DNA of 64,000 nucleotides from Christensenellales bacterium. Lineage in GTDB: Bacteria; Bacillota; Clostridia; Christensenellales; UBA3700. Within the stretch, counting starts at the first letter, position 1. Every line of letters starts with the position of its first letter. The notes under the pieces are model-generated. The model ran no database searches. It saw only the letters and a list, made by a program, of their open reading frames with translations, and had not been told where the DNA came from. Of this stretch, positions 8,647-19,500 are shown piece after piece. The stretch covers positions 18,573-82,572 of the forward strand of contig JBJETR010000064.1 in assembly GCA_051883415.1 (NCBI GenBank). The letters are read 5' to 3'. The position numbers and the translations under genes were made by a program.

Positions 8647-11600
8647 ATGAGAAACAAGAAATTGATAACCTTGCTAGCTTTGCTGATTGTACTGGTTATC
8701 GCATGTTTGTTGGTTTTGTCTGCCTGCGTTGATACTAATGGCGGTGGCGACAATACCGGTGGCGGCGACAATACCGGTGGCGGCGACAATACCGGCGGCG
8801 GCGACAATACCGGTGGTGGTGACAATACCGGCGGCGACAATGTCGGTGGAGATGAAGAGGATTTACCTCCTCCACCTCCAATTATCGATAACAAACCGAA
8901 GCCTGTAAAGAAATCGGCACTTGAAGTGTTGAAGATGATGGTGGGCGGTATCGACAACTCCGCAGAAGACGAAAAGCGTCTCTATCTCGAGTTTATCGGA
9001 CAAGTCACTTTGACAGAGCAGCCCGAAAATATGCCTGAGGTTAAGACGGACTACGAATTGTCTCTAAAGACCAATATGCTAGGCATCTTGGCAGAGGAAA
9101 ATGCGAGTGTATCCAAAAACGAGTTCGCTCTGGTACTCAAGCAAGTCGACAATAGCGCAATCAAGTTTGCATTCTACATAATCGAAGAAAAAGCTTACCT
9201 ACAAGTTGAGGGAAGCTCTGCTTTGATTTATTTGTCCGACTTCAACATGAACTACCTTACTCAAATAATTAGTAAAGTTCCGGGACTCATCGGAGGACTC
9301 GACCTTGATTCTCTTTTGGGTGGCTTTGGCGGTGTAGACGGCATCTTGTCTTTGGTGCTCGGTATGTTGTGTAACAACGTTAAGTACGAGGCGGTTACCG
9401 AAGGAGCGGACGTGACGACAAAATTGTCGGTTGACTTCGAAATCAACAGCTTCATGAACTCTATAAAAGGTGTGCTTGGCGGTATTGACCTGGGCGGACT
9501 GCTTGGTATTAACCTCGATATCAAATCTTTGATAGATTCTATTGCCGCAATGATTCCTAATATGGACATCACTTTGTCGGCAACGCTTATCAACGGCATC
9601 TTGGCAGAAGACGACGGAATTAAGCTTGACGTTACCAACAAGGACGAAAATTCCAACTTCTTGCTCAAGAAAAGGTTTGACATAGGAGAAACCGCACCGG
9701 ATATCGACTTGCCTGTAGTAGAAGAATTTAGAGAATTCAGCTTGAGCAACATCGCTTTTGATATTGATTTGATAATCGACAGCGGTATCGAAGACGGCGG
9801 CGCTCCTAAGCAAGTTGACGTAGGACAACTTATCAATATGTTTACCGGTCAAGAGACTTTGCCTGCGGGCATAATTCTCCTTGACGTTACTATGGGCTTC
9901 AGACTCAGCTTTAAGATAGACCTCGACCTCAACTATGCAGCCGAGGACGCTGATAGAAACCTCATAGCTATCGAACTCTTCCTAATTGACAGAAATCATA
10001 ATAAAATAGAGAGTACGCCGCAGCTTGGATTGTATTATCAACAGAGAGCGGCATACGTCAACCTTGGCAATTTGTTGCCAAACTATTATCGTAGCAAGAG
10101 CGTGAGAATAGATACTAATCTCGACGCTTTGATTAGCAAACTCGTTACTTTGTTGACGGGTGAAATCGACAAAGCCCTCGGCACCGACTTCGATGAAGCG
10201 ATGAACGGAGGCAACGAGCCTGCACTAGGTCTAAACAAAGTTTACAACAGCTCCAACATGATAGCTTTGAGTGTGGGCGAAGGCGGCGAAGCAGTAGTAA
10301 AACCGGGATACGCTATGTTGTTGGACGCTATCACGGGACTTATAGGTATCAAAGACTATATCAATACCGACAACCTTGCCGACGGAGTGCTCAACAAGTA
10401 TCTCGAGATAACGTTCGGCAACGCTATGTTGCAAGCTTTGGAAGGCTTGGTGGGCGAGATACCGTTTAGATTGCCAAACGGTATAAGCGATATAGTATTG
10501 CAAGTGGGCGACTTGGTAGTGCCTGACGTGAATGACGTGGAGGCATATAGAGAATATGCCGACACGGGCAAGCTGACTTTCGGCGTACAAGGTGCCGTAA
10601 GTATAGGCGGAATCGACTTGTCGCTATCCTTGCGCAACTTCAATATCGGATTCCCTATCGAAGGACTTGACAACTACGTTACCAACGCAATAGGGGACAA
10701 GGGCGGATATACCAACTCGGTAGCAGAATTGCTCGACGACGTATTGTCCAACATACATCTACAATTTGGCGTCAATATGACCTTCAACAAAGGCACGTAC
10801 GACTTTATACCTTTGCTCACGAGCTTTGGTTTGACGGGCTTGGAAGGACAACACTTGTTGTGGACGTTCGACAACGACTTCTTGCTTGACGGTGCGTTGG
10901 TTATCCAAATCGCTCTGGACAAGAACAATCACTACAACAGTTCTATAGTTATCGAATTGAGGACCAACAGGGCTATCGGTATAGGCTCGGATATTCTCTT
11001 CCCAGCCAACTCGGTAATCTTGGGCGTTTACGGCTATGCCAACAGCGTATTCATCGACGTATCCAATATCAAGATAGCTAAGATTACTTTGCCTAAGCTT
11101 AAGGCAGAAATCGACTTTACCGAGATAGTTTACAAGTTCATCGGCGACTTCGATTATAGATTGGCGTTCGACTTGTCTACACTGTTCGGTTCGACCGAAG
11201 AAGGAAGTGGCGAAGAGGCGGGCGATCCTGCACAACAAGCCGAAGAATTGATGTTTGAAGAAGGTTCCGAAGGCGGAGAATTGACTCCTGCGGGACAAAT
11301 CATCGTAGGCGTCAACGCAGATACGCTTACCGTTAGCACTACGCTTGCTGCTATACTTAGCATTTTGTCTAGCGTAGGACTCAACGTAGACCTCAGCTTT
11401 ATCAACAGCGCTAGCATTGACCTCATGTTCTCCAGACTACAAGGCGTCAAGCTTGATTTGGCGTTAGAATTGTTGCCTACCGTAGAGGTGGACGCTAACG
11501 GCAACGTAGTAAGCGAGCCTATTTATAATAGCGACTTCAAGATTCACTTTGAGACGGGTACTCAAGATAATCCTATACGTATAGGAAATCTTGACGAACT

Positions 11601-14600
11601 CAAAATCAAACTCTTCGAAAAACAAGCAGAATTCGAGGCGTATGAGGACGACCTTATCGCAGCTATCGTCAACACCGTTGGTAGAGCTTCGTTTAAGGCA
11701 ACCGTAAACCTCAAGACAATGGAAGAAACCTTCAATATTACTAAGATAATCAATAATATCCTTGTTGCGAGCGGTAAGGAATTGGCATTGCCAATCAACT
11801 TGCACCTCGACGATTGGGATACCGAAGTAGTATTGACCATTGCTTGGAACCTCGATATGAAGAACTTCAAGAAGACTCAGTTGCAAGTGAAGTTCGCTTA
11901 CCTCGAGAAGACCTTGCTCGAAGTAGATATCTTCCAAGGTAATATCGTAATAGACTTGACGGGACTCGGCTTCTTTAAGCTGGAAATCGTCAACTCTCCG
12001 TTCGTTAAGGTTATCAACAATGCTTTGACAGACGTCATTGCTACAATAGGTAACTTTAACCTAACCGACATCATCAACGACGCACTCGGCGGACTTACTT
12101 TGGACGGTGCGCTTAGCGGTGCTTTGGCAGAAACGCAAGAAGAAAGCACCCCGGATAGCGGAGCTAAGGAAGGAGAGGCAGGCTTTACCCCTGAAACCAT
12201 GGACCTTATCGCCAAAATTATCAGTGCGGTATCTGCTCACAATGCCAACATCTTCCTCAAACTCGACGCTATTATGATAGACGCCATTCTCAAACAATTC
12301 TTAGGCTTCGGACTTGGTATGAGTATAGGAGTCGGTGGCGAAATCGACTTTGTTGACGGCATAATCAACCTCAAGATTGAAGTCGAGAGTATAAGCGTTA
12401 CGGTTAAGTTCGAGATGCTGATGGGCGAGCCTATCAACCTCAACTTGCCACTCGACGAAATCCCTGACTGGGATGCAACTTCGGGTGCAGACTTCGTGAG
12501 AACTATGCTTGACGGTCTTGATATCGCATTCGCTCTCGATTATGCGATGAGTACTGCAGATATTATGGCTAATGCCAATGCAAACGGAGATAAGTCTTAC
12601 GTGCAAGATGGTGACAAGTACTATACACGTCTTATCATCCAAAAGCTCGAAAGAAGAACGACACTCATCAACACCGACGGTAAATATGCAAGTGCCGGTT
12701 CTTTGCTCGTAACGTTGATGTCTATCGATAAGGATAGATATACTAACACCGAAGACCTCAATGCCGCAGATTCGCACCAGTCGGCAATATTGCATGCAGA
12801 GCTCAATTATAATACGGGCAACCTCAGAATAGTGCTTTGTAAAAACGTTTTGACATTGGGTTCGATTGTTGACTTCGCACAATTTATCGATATCAACATC
12901 GCACTCGACCTTGTCAACTTGCTGGCACCTACCATTGATAGCCTCTTTAAGTCTATAGATCCTGACTACAATGGCGGAAGCACGGGCGGCGGCACTGAAG
13001 GCGGCGGCAGCGAAAGCGGTGGCAGCGGTAGTGAAGGTGGCACACCGGAGACTCCAAAGGAACCAAGCAGAATGGACAAAGCCTTTGCTCAACTAGACGT
13101 TGTACAATTGCTCGGTGGCGGTATCGACGTATATCTCAGAAATACGGGACTCTTCAACGTCAATATTACCTTCGATCCATACACCATCAACTGGTTGATA
13201 GACGAGGTTATGGCAAGTATCTTCGGCTATTATACTATCATTGACCTCGTAGAAATGACGAGAGATGCGACGACGGGCTCGTCCATGTTCTCCACCAACT
13301 ATCTCAAGTCGGTCAACTGGGATAGAATCGACGCAGAGCATACTTGGTATAGCTTGAAACAAATCTTGTTGCCATTGCTCAAAGACGTGGTATCCGGCGT
13401 TGGTTACGTTTGGGTTGCACCACTTATCACCAATGCAATACTCGACGGCTTCTATCCACAAATCAGAAGATTGTTGACGAGATTGTTGCCATTCCCTGTA
13501 TTCAACGAAGTGACTGCGGGACTCAACATAATGGACGGTACACTTGCCAACTTCTATATATTCGGCTACGACTATGACGAGCCGGTATACAAGCCTGACG
13601 GTAGTGTATACGTATATACCAACGTCTCCGACGCGGCGTCGGGCGACAACGTTCCAGCTAAGGGTACGTTCACACGTAAGTATGATAGAAGTACCGATCC
13701 TAACGATGACCAAGGAGCAAGCTACAAGTGGTATTACAACAACAGAAGCGACCATTACTTCTTGGAGATCAAGTTGTTCAACTGTTCGCCATCCGTAGGT
13801 ACACCTGACTATAGTCCTGACGGCTCGACCGAGGGCGTAATGACTTGGGGCAACATAGATGCTGCACCTACCTACGATCCATATTGTTATACCAACAATA
13901 CCATAGGCAAGACGTCGTTCTTGACTCAAAACTTCTCGGGTAAGGAAGTATCTTTCCAAAAGGGAGATCAACTCTACAAGACCTCTCCTACCTATAGAGT
14001 AACCAAGAATAACGGTGCGTCATGCGATATGGACATCAACGACCTCGACTTCAATACGGCAGGCGTATATGAAGTCACGGCTACGGCAGTCTTCAACGGC
14101 GGAGCAGTCGTAAGGACGATGCTTATCAACTTGACGATTTACGGTAAGGACGAGATAGCAGGCGTAGGCGAATATAATTTGAATAAAGAATATCAAGAGT
14201 ATATAGATATATACGCATATAGCGAGTTGCCTAAATATATTGTCATCAGATACGACAATCCTGACGTACTCGGCAATAGTATGAGAAGAATACCTACCGA
14301 GTCGATGAGCTTTACGAACTATGCTCCAACCGCTTATACCGAACACCAAGTAACGGGTACGGTAACCTTCAGTGACGGAACGTCTAAGAGCGTACTCTTC
14401 AAGTACCTAGACAGTACGATACATGATATCACAGGCGGTATCGAGATAGATATAGACTTGTATCAGTATGACCAAACTAAGGTAGACCTCAGCGTATATA
14501 CTCCTGACTTGTTGTACTTTACCTACAACGACGGTACGGCTGACAAGATTAAGGTCAACGGTCTGTGGGATACGTCTTCTGCCGAGCAACTAGTAAACAG

Positions 14601-16503
14601 AGACGGCAGTGATCTCAGCGCAGGTATCTACTGGATTAGCAATACTATCGGCAGTGGAGAAGCTTTGCAAGAGATCAATATCAAGTTCGTGGTTAAGTCC
14701 AAGACTGTAGACTCTGTAGAAGTAAATGGAAATCTTAATAATATAAGAATAAGTCCATATCAATACTACAAGTACTTGATTACGGGTGACGAAAACGAAA
14801 ATCCATTCCCAAGCCAAGTACTAGCTACTTACAATAGAGCAGAAGCATACGATGCAAAAGCTAACAACGGTCAAGGAGCTAACGTAGTAGTCAACGAAGC
14901 GTATAGCGAAATGGTATACGTAAATTGGAGCATTGGCGGACTCAACTTCACCTGGGATAACAGCAACGCTCCTGAATATAACCCTGACGGCAGTCTAGTG
15001 AAGAACGGCAGCGTATCGTTGGATACCACCACGGTGAAAGATCCTACAGCCGAGACACCGGTTAGAATTTACGAAACCAGCTTTGATTGGACGCTTCCTA
15101 TCAACATCACTATGGATAGAAACGACGTTAAAGCAATCTACTTCGACGAAGAGTTGACTCAAAATACTTTGGTTATCGATCCATATCTCTTCAAGATTAA
15201 TCAAGAGGACGGCGTAGATAACTTCCCAACCAACGCATGGGTTGAGTTTACCAACGGAACGGTTATCAACTTGCCTATCGCTTGGATACAAGAAGAAGTA
15301 GACAACTTCGAAGTAGCATACGAACAACAAAGCAGACAGTTTAGAGTATATATCGGTTATGATATCGACACTTATACCAACAACCGTATACCTAGAGCAG
15401 ACATTAACAACGCATTGAGTAATGTTGATTACTGTAGTGCTAAAGGCATCAGCGGTAAGATGTTGCAAAAGATAGTTGTCAACGCTCGTGTTGAGGGCTT
15501 GGAAGCAGTAGGACTCAATATCGAAGGTAGCGAGCTCAACGGTGGAAGATACGTCATCGATCCTGCAAGAGTTAAATACCTCGGTGAGGCTCCATTGCCT
15601 GCAACCGTACCTGTAGTTTACAACGACGGTTCGAGCTCGATACTTCCTGTAGTATGGGATTACGACTTCGATATCAGCATCTACGGCGGTAGAGATTTGA
15701 CTGCAACCGCAACCATAAGAGGTACGGGTATCAGCTTTGACGTGGCTTGCAGAATCCTCGATAGATCGACTCCTGAAGTTGTCAACGACAATATCACTGT
15801 CAATCCATACAAGTTTACGATAGACGACGGAAAGAGAGTATACAGCGAGTTTACCGAAACGATAGCTGTCAAGTACTTCACGAGCTACAAGCTCACGGTT
15901 ACCAACGTCGAAACTCAAGAAGTGACTATCTTCGACAACTTGTTTATCGATGAAAAGCTGGCACTCGAAGCATTGTACACCACGGGTGACAACACAGGCT
16001 TGTATACGGTAGCAACCGAGTACAACTACGATACGTTTGAGTTGCCTGTAACTTGGGACAGAACCAACCTCGATATGGCGGTGACCAAAGATAAAGGCGA
16101 AGACAAGACCGCTGTAGTCAAAGCAAAGATTGTCGGCGCAACCGAAAGCTTCGAAACCTTGAACGTCAACGTCACTGTCGAAGAGAAGATATTCGTCGGA
16201 ATCAACACTAGCGCTGTATACAGATACTTTATCGCTTATGGCGGAGCAGGTCTGTCTTCAGAAGAAATATCTTCCTTCACGGTAACCAGACAACTCAACG
16301 CCTTCTTCGAGGACGGCACAACGCAAAAGCTGGACGTAGTATTCGATCTATCACCTGTAAGCTTCGAAACCGCTAACTACAACTCCGATACAGGCGAATT
16401 CATTAACAGCGCATATATATGCAAGGCGTATATCATGCAATTCTCTGAAATACAGCAGAGCATAGATATCGAAGTATACGTGGCTACCGAGCCAACGGTC
16501 TAA
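8647..16503 (+). CDS. Giant (2,618-aa) lipoprotein. GGGDNT repeat/poly-Pro linker, then about 1,600 aa with no domain I recognise, then C-terminal Ig-like modules.
   Basis: AGGAGG is 5 nt upstream. The signal peptide ends in the lipobox L-S-A-C (Cys27). It is a long uninterrupted ORF. C-terminal modules show the LPxxVxVxYxDGS...VxW pattern of bacterial Ig-like (group 4-like) domains. Confidence 0.85.
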   Translation: MRNKKLITLLALLIVLVIACLLVLSACVDTNGGGDNTGGGDNTGGGDNTGGGDNTGGGDNTGGDNVGGDEEDLPPPPPIIDNKPKPVKKSALEVLKMMVGGIDNSAEDEKRLYLEFIGQVTLTEQPENMPEVKTDYELSLKTNMLGILAEENASVSKNEFALVLKQVDNSAIKFAFYIIEEKAYLQVEGSSALIYLSDFNMNYLTQIISKVPGLIGGLDLDSLLGGFGGVDGILSLVLGMLCNNVKYEAVTEGADVTTKLSVDFEINSFMNSIKGVLGGIDLGGLLGINLDIKSLIDSIAAMIPNMDITLSATLINGILAEDDGIKLDVTNKDENSNFLLKKRFDIGETAPDIDLPVVEEFREFSLSNIAFDIDLIIDSGIEDGGAPKQVDVGQLINMFTGQETLPAGIILLDVTMGFRLSFKIDLDLNYAAEDADRNLIAIELFLIDRNHNKIESTPQLGLYYQQRAAYVNLGNLLPNYYRSKSVRIDTNLDALISKLVTLLTGEIDKALGTDFDEAMNGGNEPALGLNKVYNSSNMIALSVGEGGEAVVKPGYAMLLDAITGLIGIKDYINTDNLADGVLNKYLEITFGNAMLQALEGLVGEIPFRLPNGISDIVLQVGDLVVPDVNDVEAYREYADTGKLTFGVQGAVSIGGIDLSLSLRNFNIGFPIEGLDNYVTNAIGDKGGYTNSVAELLDDVLSNIHLQFGVNMTFNKGTYDFIPLLTSFGLTGLEGQHLLWTFDNDFLLDGALVIQIALDKNNHYNSSIVIELRTNRAIGIGSDILFPANSVILGVYGYANSVFIDVSNIKIAKITLPKLKAEIDFTEIVYKFIGDFDYRLAFDLSTLFGSTEEGSGEEAGDPAQQAEELMFEEGSEGGELTPAGQIIVGVNADTLTVSTTLAAILSILSSVGLNVDLSFINSASIDLMFSRLQGVKLDLALELLPTVEVDANGNVVSEPIYNSDFKIHFETGTQDNPIRIGNLDELKIKLFEKQAEFEAYEDDLIAAIVNTVGRASFKATVNLKTMEETFNITKIINNILVASGKELALPINLHLDDWDTEVVLTIAWNLDMKNFKKTQLQVKFAYLEKTLLEVDIFQGNIVIDLTGLGFFKLEIVNSPFVKVINNALTDVIATIGNFNLTDIINDALGGLTLDGALSGALAETQEESTPDSGAKEGEAGFTPETMDLIAKIISAVSAHNANIFLKLDAIMIDAILKQFLGFGLGMSIGVGGEIDFVDGIINLKIEVESISVTVKFEMLMGEPINLNLPLDEIPDWDATSGADFVRTMLDGLDIAFALDYAMSTADIMANANANGDKSYVQDGDKYYTRLIIQKLERRTTLINTDGKYASAGSLLVTLMSIDKDRYTNTEDLNAADSHQSAILHAELNYNTGNLRIVLCKNVLTLGSIVDFAQFIDINIALDLVNLLAPTIDSLFKSIDPDYNGGSTGGGTEGGGSESGGSGSEGGTPETPKEPSRMDKAFAQLDVVQLLGGGIDVYLRNTGLFNVNITFDPYTINWLIDEVMASIFGYYTIIDLVEMTRDATTGSSMFSTNYLKSVNWDRIDAEHTWYSLKQILLPLLKDVVSGVGYVWVAPLITNAILDGFYPQIRRLLTRLLPFPVFNEVTAGLNIMDGTLANFYIFGYDYDEPVYKPDGSVYVYTNVSDAASGDNVPAKGTFTRKYDRSTDPNDDQGASYKWYYNNRSDHYFLEIKLFNCSPSVGTPDYSPDGSTEGVMTWGNIDAAPTYDPYCYTNNTIGKTSFLTQNFSGKEVSFQKGDQLYKTSPTYRVTKNNGASCDMDINDLDFNTAGVYEVTATAVFNGGAVVRTMLINLTIYGKDEIAGVGEYNLNKEYQEYIDIYAYSELPKYIVIRYDNPDVLGNSMRRIPTESMSFTNYAPTAYTEHQVTGTVTFSDGTSKSVLFKYLDSTIHDITGGIEIDIDLYQYDQTKVDLSVYTPDLLYFTYNDGTADKIKVNGLWDTSSAEQLVNRDGSDLSAGIYWISNTIGSGEALQEINIKFVVKSKTVDSVEVNGNLNNIRISPYQYYKYLITGDENENPFPSQVLATYNRAEAYDAKANNGQGANVVVNEAYSEMVYVNWSIGGLNFTWDNSNAPEYNPDGSLVKNGSVSLDTTTVKDPTAETPVRIYETSFDWTLPINITMDRNDVKAIYFDEELTQNTLVIDPYLFKINQEDGVDNFPTNAWVEFTNGTVINLPIAWIQEEVDNFEVAYEQQSRQFRVYIGYDIDTYTNNRIPRADINNALSNVDYCSAKGISGKMLQKIVVNARVEGLEAVGLNIEGSELNGGRYVIDPARVKYLGEAPLPATVPVVYNDGSSSILPVVWDYDFDISIYGGRDLTATATIRGTGISFDVACRILDRSTPEVVNDNITVNPYKFTIDDGKRVYSEFTETIAVKYFTSYKLTVTNVETQEVTIFDNLFIDEKLALEALYTTGDNTGLYTVATEYNYDTFELPVTWDRTNLDMAVTKDKGEDKTAVVKAKIVGATESFETLNVNVTVEEKIFVGINTSAVYRYFIAYGGAGLSSEEISSFTVTRQLNAFFEDGTTQKLDVVFDLSPVSFETANYNSDTGEFINSAYICKAYIMQFSEIQQSIDIEVYVATEPTV
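8740..8844 (+). repeat. In-frame 18-bp tandem repeat (5 full units plus one 15-bp unit) encoding (GGGDNT)n
   Basis: ggcggtggcgacaatacc repeats head-to-tail with only synonymous third-position changes. Confidence 0.9.
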
Positions 16504-16518
16504 AAGGAGGTATAAGTT

Positions 16519-19500
16519 ATGACTAATAATATAAATAAAAGAATAATCATTACTATTACGTCGATTATACTCATCGTATCGTTGGTATGTGCTTTGTTGA
16601 TGCTCATCGACAAGGATACTAAGCAAAACGAGGCTGTGGCGGAAGAATTGCTCTCCGCCAACAGCACCACTACCGACGGTTTGATAGACGGTGTGGACGG
16701 CAAGCACGCTACTTTGGCGGAATTGCAAGACAAGGCAATCAAAGCAGGTAAGACGCTCAAAACAATAAGTACGCAGAGCGAATTGGAGAGTTTCTTATCC
16801 TCCAACGTATCTACTGATTACGGCGCACTGTACAACGTGTCGGGTGACTTGACACTCAATTGGGAAAAGGAAACCGACAACTACGCCAGCAGTAACAAAT
16901 ATATGAGAGGCGTCTTCGACGGCAACGGCTACACCATCAATATCAGAGGCGGTGTGGGTAAAGGCGCTTTTGCAAGCGGATACGCCGCTAAGCATATCAT
17001 CAATACCGATCCGATATTTGGGGGCTCGGATACGGCAGCCAATCCTATATACATTGCTCCGTCGGGCTTCTTCGTAGCAATCAACGAAGGCACTATCAAA
17101 AACGTTACTTTTAGTTATACCTCCAAGCATATCGAGCCTAACGGTAGAGATGCCGACGGTGGTTCGTGTCTATACAATTCTTATGAACACGGCGTTACTC
17201 CGAGCGTCGGCATAATTGCGGGACTCAGCAACGGCGGTGAGATAAGCAACTGTAAGGTTATCCTCAAAAATCCGTTCGTGTTGTACGGAACAGGTCAAGG
17301 CGGTCTCGCTGCTCTCACGGCTAACGGAAGATTTAGAGAAAACAGTGCAATTGCGGGCGGTGCTGTCGGCATTGCTACCAACGGCGCCAAGATAAGCAAT
17401 ATCACGGTAGATTTGCAGTCTTCCTTCTCCGTAGTGTGCCGAGGCAACCAAAATACCTCTAACTCGGCAAGAGCAACGCTTACTTGTGCGGGCGGTATCA
17501 TAGGTAACTTCGTACCTATCGGTGGTACTACGATGAAGTATTGTACCGTGACAGGCAACGGAACTATGTCTTCTATTGCAGGTTCGGGTAATAATGATTC
17601 TAAGTTCCATACGTTCGTGGGCGCCGCAATCGGCGGAACCTTCCGCTTTACCGGTGTAGAGAATTGGGAAAACTTTGCAATGGGCGATTATCCTACTGCC
17701 GAGATTACTGCTATAATGTCCAATTATCAAGGTAAAATGCGTTATAATCCTCAAAAAGATTACAACAATATGCAGACTAACTACGCTAAGCTCTTCGGTG
17801 CGATAGGTAGCCAGACGGGTGATATCACGGGCGTCAACGGAATGGTGTTCTTGTTTGACTACAAGACCTTCTGCGAAGCCAACGGCGTCGACGGAACCTA
17901 TATGGACAGCTGGTGGATGAAGTTTACTTTGGACAGCATAGGTACTTCGATTTATCCTACGAGTACGGGCGGACAAGTCGACGTAAGTTTTGACAGCGAC
18001 AACGAGACGTACGATATTAGAGTAGAAGCAAAAGCAGACGGCTTTGCAGGCGATATGAGCCAAAATCCTGATTCGGGCTATTGTAAGAAGCTTGAAATAG
18101 CCGACGGGGAATACGGAAACTTTATATGGGAAGCTAACGTCAACAGAAACGGTCAGACCTCTAAACATATCAAGGCAGAGGAATACGTAGGCGGCGAAAT
18201 CTACTTGCTCAGAGCTACCGACTACGGTACGATGAACTACAGCTTCGGTGAGATTGCCGACTATTCGATATCTTCTAACAACGGCTTGGTATCTAATAAA
18301 GAATACGACAGCGATCCTATCAATGAACCTACTTTGGTACTCAAATCAAAGCTGGGCAATTCGTTGACGGTTAATCCTGAGGCTTATCAATGGGAATTGC
18401 TCAAGAGTGCCGAACCAACCCCTATTGCGGTGACCAACTCTCAGACTTTCTTGCCTGGTACCTATACGTATAGAGCCTACAAAATGCTAGACCAAGAAAA
18501 ATTGGCTTACTATGACGCAACCAACAAAGTGCTGGCTAGATATAAAAAGAGTGAGAAAGAGACCTTTACGGTCAAAATGGCAGAACTCAAATACGACGCG
18601 CCTAACGAAAACGTATGGCTCAACCAGGCAAATATAGGTATGTACATCATCAAGGATAAGTCTTGGATGTTCAACTATATCGAATATAGCGTAGACGGTA
18701 GTTGGTCGGGATTGATACCTACTTTCGGCGTAGCCAAATACGTATATAAGGACAACGTGTCCACGGGTAAATCGGGAAGAACGTATGCTTTTAGAGCTTA
18801 CGTGCAAGTGGGTACAGACTACATACAGGTAGCTCAATCTGCCGTGCAAGTCAAGGTGCGTATCGACAACGAGAAACCTTTGATTGAGGACGTACACTAT
18901 TATCTCAGTGATAGCGAAGGTACTCAAGGAGAAGAGATTACCGTAAGCGACCTCAACGAGTGGAGAACGACTCCTATATTGATGAAGTATACAGTCAACG
19001 ACGAGGGACGTAGCGGTATCGTTTCGGGTAGCGGACATACCGATTACGTTGCTAATGAAAACGGTACTTGGAGCTGTAGCGTATTGCTCAAGGATACCAA
19101 GACCTATACCTTGTCTTACACCGACGCTACCAACAATACCGTTTCGATGACGTACAACGTCAAGATAGACAACGTCAATCCTATCTTCAACGTAGTATTA
19201 TCTTCGGGCAACAAGGTGCAAATATCGGGTGGTAGATACTATTATTCGGAAGCGCTCAAAGTGACTTACAATGCCACGATGGGCGAGAGCGGATACGACC
19301 TATACGTATCTACGGCAACCGACGATAGCATTGTCGGAGAAGACAAGAGAGTATGGGTTATGTATGAAGGTGCGTTGAGTAATACCGGCGAGATGCTTGT
19401 CGACGAAGAGTTGAACAGCCAAGAAATTTGGTACAAGCTAGTCAATAAGCAGGGCTTATACGAAGACGTTGTGGTACAACTCGTCAACGCTTCGATGACT

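Noticed and set aside
8586-8957. Minus-strand ORF encoding (PPVLS)n.
   Set aside because: It is the mirror image of the in-frame GGGDNT 18-bp tandem repeat of the giant lipoprotein gene. It has no independent expression signals.
8854-13594. Idea that the N-terminal region of the giant lipoprotein is an AsmA/TamB-like or bridge-like lipid-transfer groove, with the small lipoprotein as a LolA-like partner.
   Set aside because: It rests only on the alternating beta-strand-like periodicity. I cannot point to any family-specific motif, and the cell-envelope type of the organism is unknown. I keep it as a hypothesis to test by structure prediction, not as a call.
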